This document shows positions 62,669 through 64,000 of a stretch of DNA of 64,000 bases, one piece after another. The DNA comes from an uncultured Actinomycetota bacterium (GTDB taxonomy: Bacteria > Actinomycetota > Thermoleophilia > Gaiellales > Gaiellaceae). The position numbers were made by a program, and so were the translations under genes. Position 1 is the first letter of the stretch. Each line of letters opens with the position of its first letter. The DNA lies in contig CAVURE010000009.1 in assembly GCA_963743675.1 (NCBI GenBank), positions 644,910 to 708,909 of the forward strand, written 5' to 3'. The notes beneath the pieces are model-generated. The model ran no database searches and was not told the origin of the DNA. It saw only the letters and a program-made list of their open reading frames with translations.

Positions 62669-63556
62669 CTACCTCCCGGTCGCCCGGTGCAAGGCCGCGA
62701 TCAGCCGCTCGAGCTCGACGACCTGCCACTGCTCGAAGTCGAGCGTGGCCGGCGAGAGGGTCTCGGTGACCGTCGCAACCGGGATCCGCTCCGTCCGCGC
62801 GAGCGAGGTGAGCTGCTCGACCTCCGGGGTCACGTTCTGAGTGTTCTCGACCCACACCTTCACCAGGCGACCGCGAAGCTGGCGCTCGACCGTCCGCTGA
62901 TCCTGGAGGCTGACGTCGCCGCCCTCCGCGATCGCCTTCGCGAACCCGGGCGGCGTGAGCAGCCGCAGACCGAGGCTCGCGCCGAGGGGCGCGAAGATGC
63001 TCTCGCTGTAGCCCACGGGCACGCCCGCGAACCGCCGGCGGATCTCCGCCCGCAGCGAGTCGTAGCGGGCGAGCGCCTCCGTCTCGAAGCGCCCTCGCTG
63101 CAGCTCGAAGTAGCCGGCGTCCTCGGGATCGGTGCGCGTGTAGGCCGCGGTGATCGCCGCGACCACCTTCCGGACGGCCGACGGGGAGTACCACTGGTGT
63201 GGATTATCACCCTGGGAGAGGCCGAGGACGTCTCCGGCCGAGACCACCGTCTGGCCGCCCGAGCCGTCCGCGGCAATGAGGTGCGAGGCCCAGTCGTCGT
63301 AGCCGATCCCGTTGACGATCACGACCTTCGCCCCGGCGATCGCTCGGGCATCGGAGGGTGTCGGCTCGTAGCTGTGCGGGTCGGTTGCGGGGTTGACGAG
63401 GATGCTCCGCACGGTCGCCCTGTTCCCGGCGAGCTGGGCGGCGATGCTGCCCCAGACGTTCTCGGCCGCGACGACGTCGAACCTCGGCGGCGGGCCCGCA
63501 GCGCCGGCGGCGCCGGGCAAGGCCAGGGCAAGGCAGAGAGCAAGGAGGAATCGCAC
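62669..63556 (-). CDS. metal ABC transporter substrate-binding protein (ZnuA/TroA family)
   Basis: Track ORF of 295 aa: signal peptide MRFLLALCLALALPGAAGA...DPHSYEPTPSDA...NPHQWYSP. Confidence 0.85.
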   Translation of the reverse strand: MRFLLALCLALALPGAAGAAGPPPRFDVVAAENVWGSIAAQLAGNRATVRSILVNPATDPHSYEPTPSDARAIAGAKVVIVNGIGYDDWASHLIAADGSGGQTVVSAGDVLGLSQGDNPHQWYSPSAVRKVVAAITAAYTRTDPEDAGYFELQRGRFETEALARYDSLRAEIRRRFAGVPVGYSESIFAPLGASLGLRLLTPPGFAKAIAEGGDVSLQDQRTVERQLRGRLVKVWVENTQNVTPEVEQLTSLARTERIPVATVTETLSPATLDFEQWQVVELERLIAALHRATGR

Positions 63557-63564
63557 CCGCGCGA

Positions 63565-63590
63565 CTCTACCATAGAGTGAGACTCACTCT
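63565..63590. promoter_or_regulatory. two overlapping perfect palindromes upstream of the metal-uptake operon: ACTCTA-ca-TAGAGT (63565-63578) and AGAGTGAG-a-CTCACTCT (63574-63590)
   Basis: Seen directly, 9-36 nt upstream of GTG 63556 and within the 100-bp gap before the LysE-like gene. Confidence 0.45.
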
Positions 63591-63656
63591 CACTATCATT
63601 CGGGCGGCGGCCTCCACGTTCGCATCCTCGGTCGTCGCGCGGCATACTTCGGCACC

Positions 63657-64000
63657 GTGCGGGTCGACCTGCTCCCCTTCCTCGCGATTGCGATGCTCCT
63701 GATCGTCATTCCGGGCCCGGACACGGCGATGGTGACCAAGAACGCCCTGGTCGGCGGCCGCCGCGCGGGTGTCCTCGCCGCTCTCGGCGTCGCGATCGGG
63801 CTGACGATCTGGACCGCAGCCGCAGCGCTCGGCATCGCCGCGCTGCTGCACGCCTCGGCGCCGGCGTTCGACGCGCTGAAGGTCGCCGGCGCCGTGTACC
63901 TGACCTGGATCGGGATCCAGATGCTCCGCTCCCGCGGGCTCGTCGGCGACGAGCCCGGCGCCGGGAAGGGAACGAGCGGTGCCCGGGCACTGAGGCAGGG
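63657..64000 (+). CDS. LysE/RhtB-family amino-acid exporter (N-terminal part; runs off the right edge)
   Basis: Absent from the track because there is no stop in the window. My translation from GTG 63657: VRVDLLPFLAIAMLLIVIPGPDTAMVTKNALVGGRRAGVLAALGVAIGLTIWTAAAALGIAALL...VYLTWIGIQMLRS. Confidence 0.75.
   Translation, partial: MRVDLLPFLAIAMLLIVIPGPDTAMVTKNALVGGRRAGVLAALGVAIGLTIWTAAAALGIAALLHASAPAFDALKVAGAVYLTWIGIQMLRSRGLVGDEPGAGKGTSGARALRQ

Overview
This is a very GC-rich bacterial chromosomal segment (about 70% G+C by eye, with a strong GC3 bias). GTG/TTG starts and 4-nt ATGA/GTGA gene overlaps are frequent. The gene content suggests Actinomycetota (inference): an F420-type LLM oxidoreductase and DUF3558-, DUF3054- and DUF1906-like proteins. 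I call 66 protein-coding loci and found no rRNA, tRNA, CRISPR array, transposase or integrase.

Gene content by region:
- Left end: a minus-strand CoA-ester module (acyl-CoA dehydrogenase, MmgE/PrpD, MaoC hydratase, CitE-like lyase). It is divergent from an ADH-hyuA-hyuB operon with a GntR/FadR regulator and a CaiB CoA-transferase.
- 12-45 kb: unusually many C-N hydrolases. These are an amidase with a GatC-like mini-ORF, dihydropyrimidinase, an isochorismatase-type hydrolase, two M20 carbamoylase-type enzymes, formamidase, nitrilase, cyclase and GGT.
- Interspersed in that stretch: a tartrate-DH/aconitase/transporter block, a CYTH/CYTH-Ppx block, and a lower-GC patch carrying a collagen-like protein and a decayed beta-helix gene.
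- Right third: a MacB-type ABC exporter, an ArsR-SRPBCC operon, a solitary clpP, secreted cell-wall enzymes, mscL, TetR, and a Fur-family regulator next to a four-gene metal-uptake ABC operon.

Main observations:
- At least 19 single-nucleotide frameshifts break 14 well-conserved genes, and 15 of them lie within 25.5-41.6 kb.
- A FadR-type GTCNGAC palindrome occurs three times and ties two plus-strand operons to the local GntR regulator.
- There are three 35-41 bp tandem repeats in one divergent promoter region and two identical 16-bp palindromes in another.

Most long ORFs in the supplied track are antisense or alternate-frame shadows of real genes.
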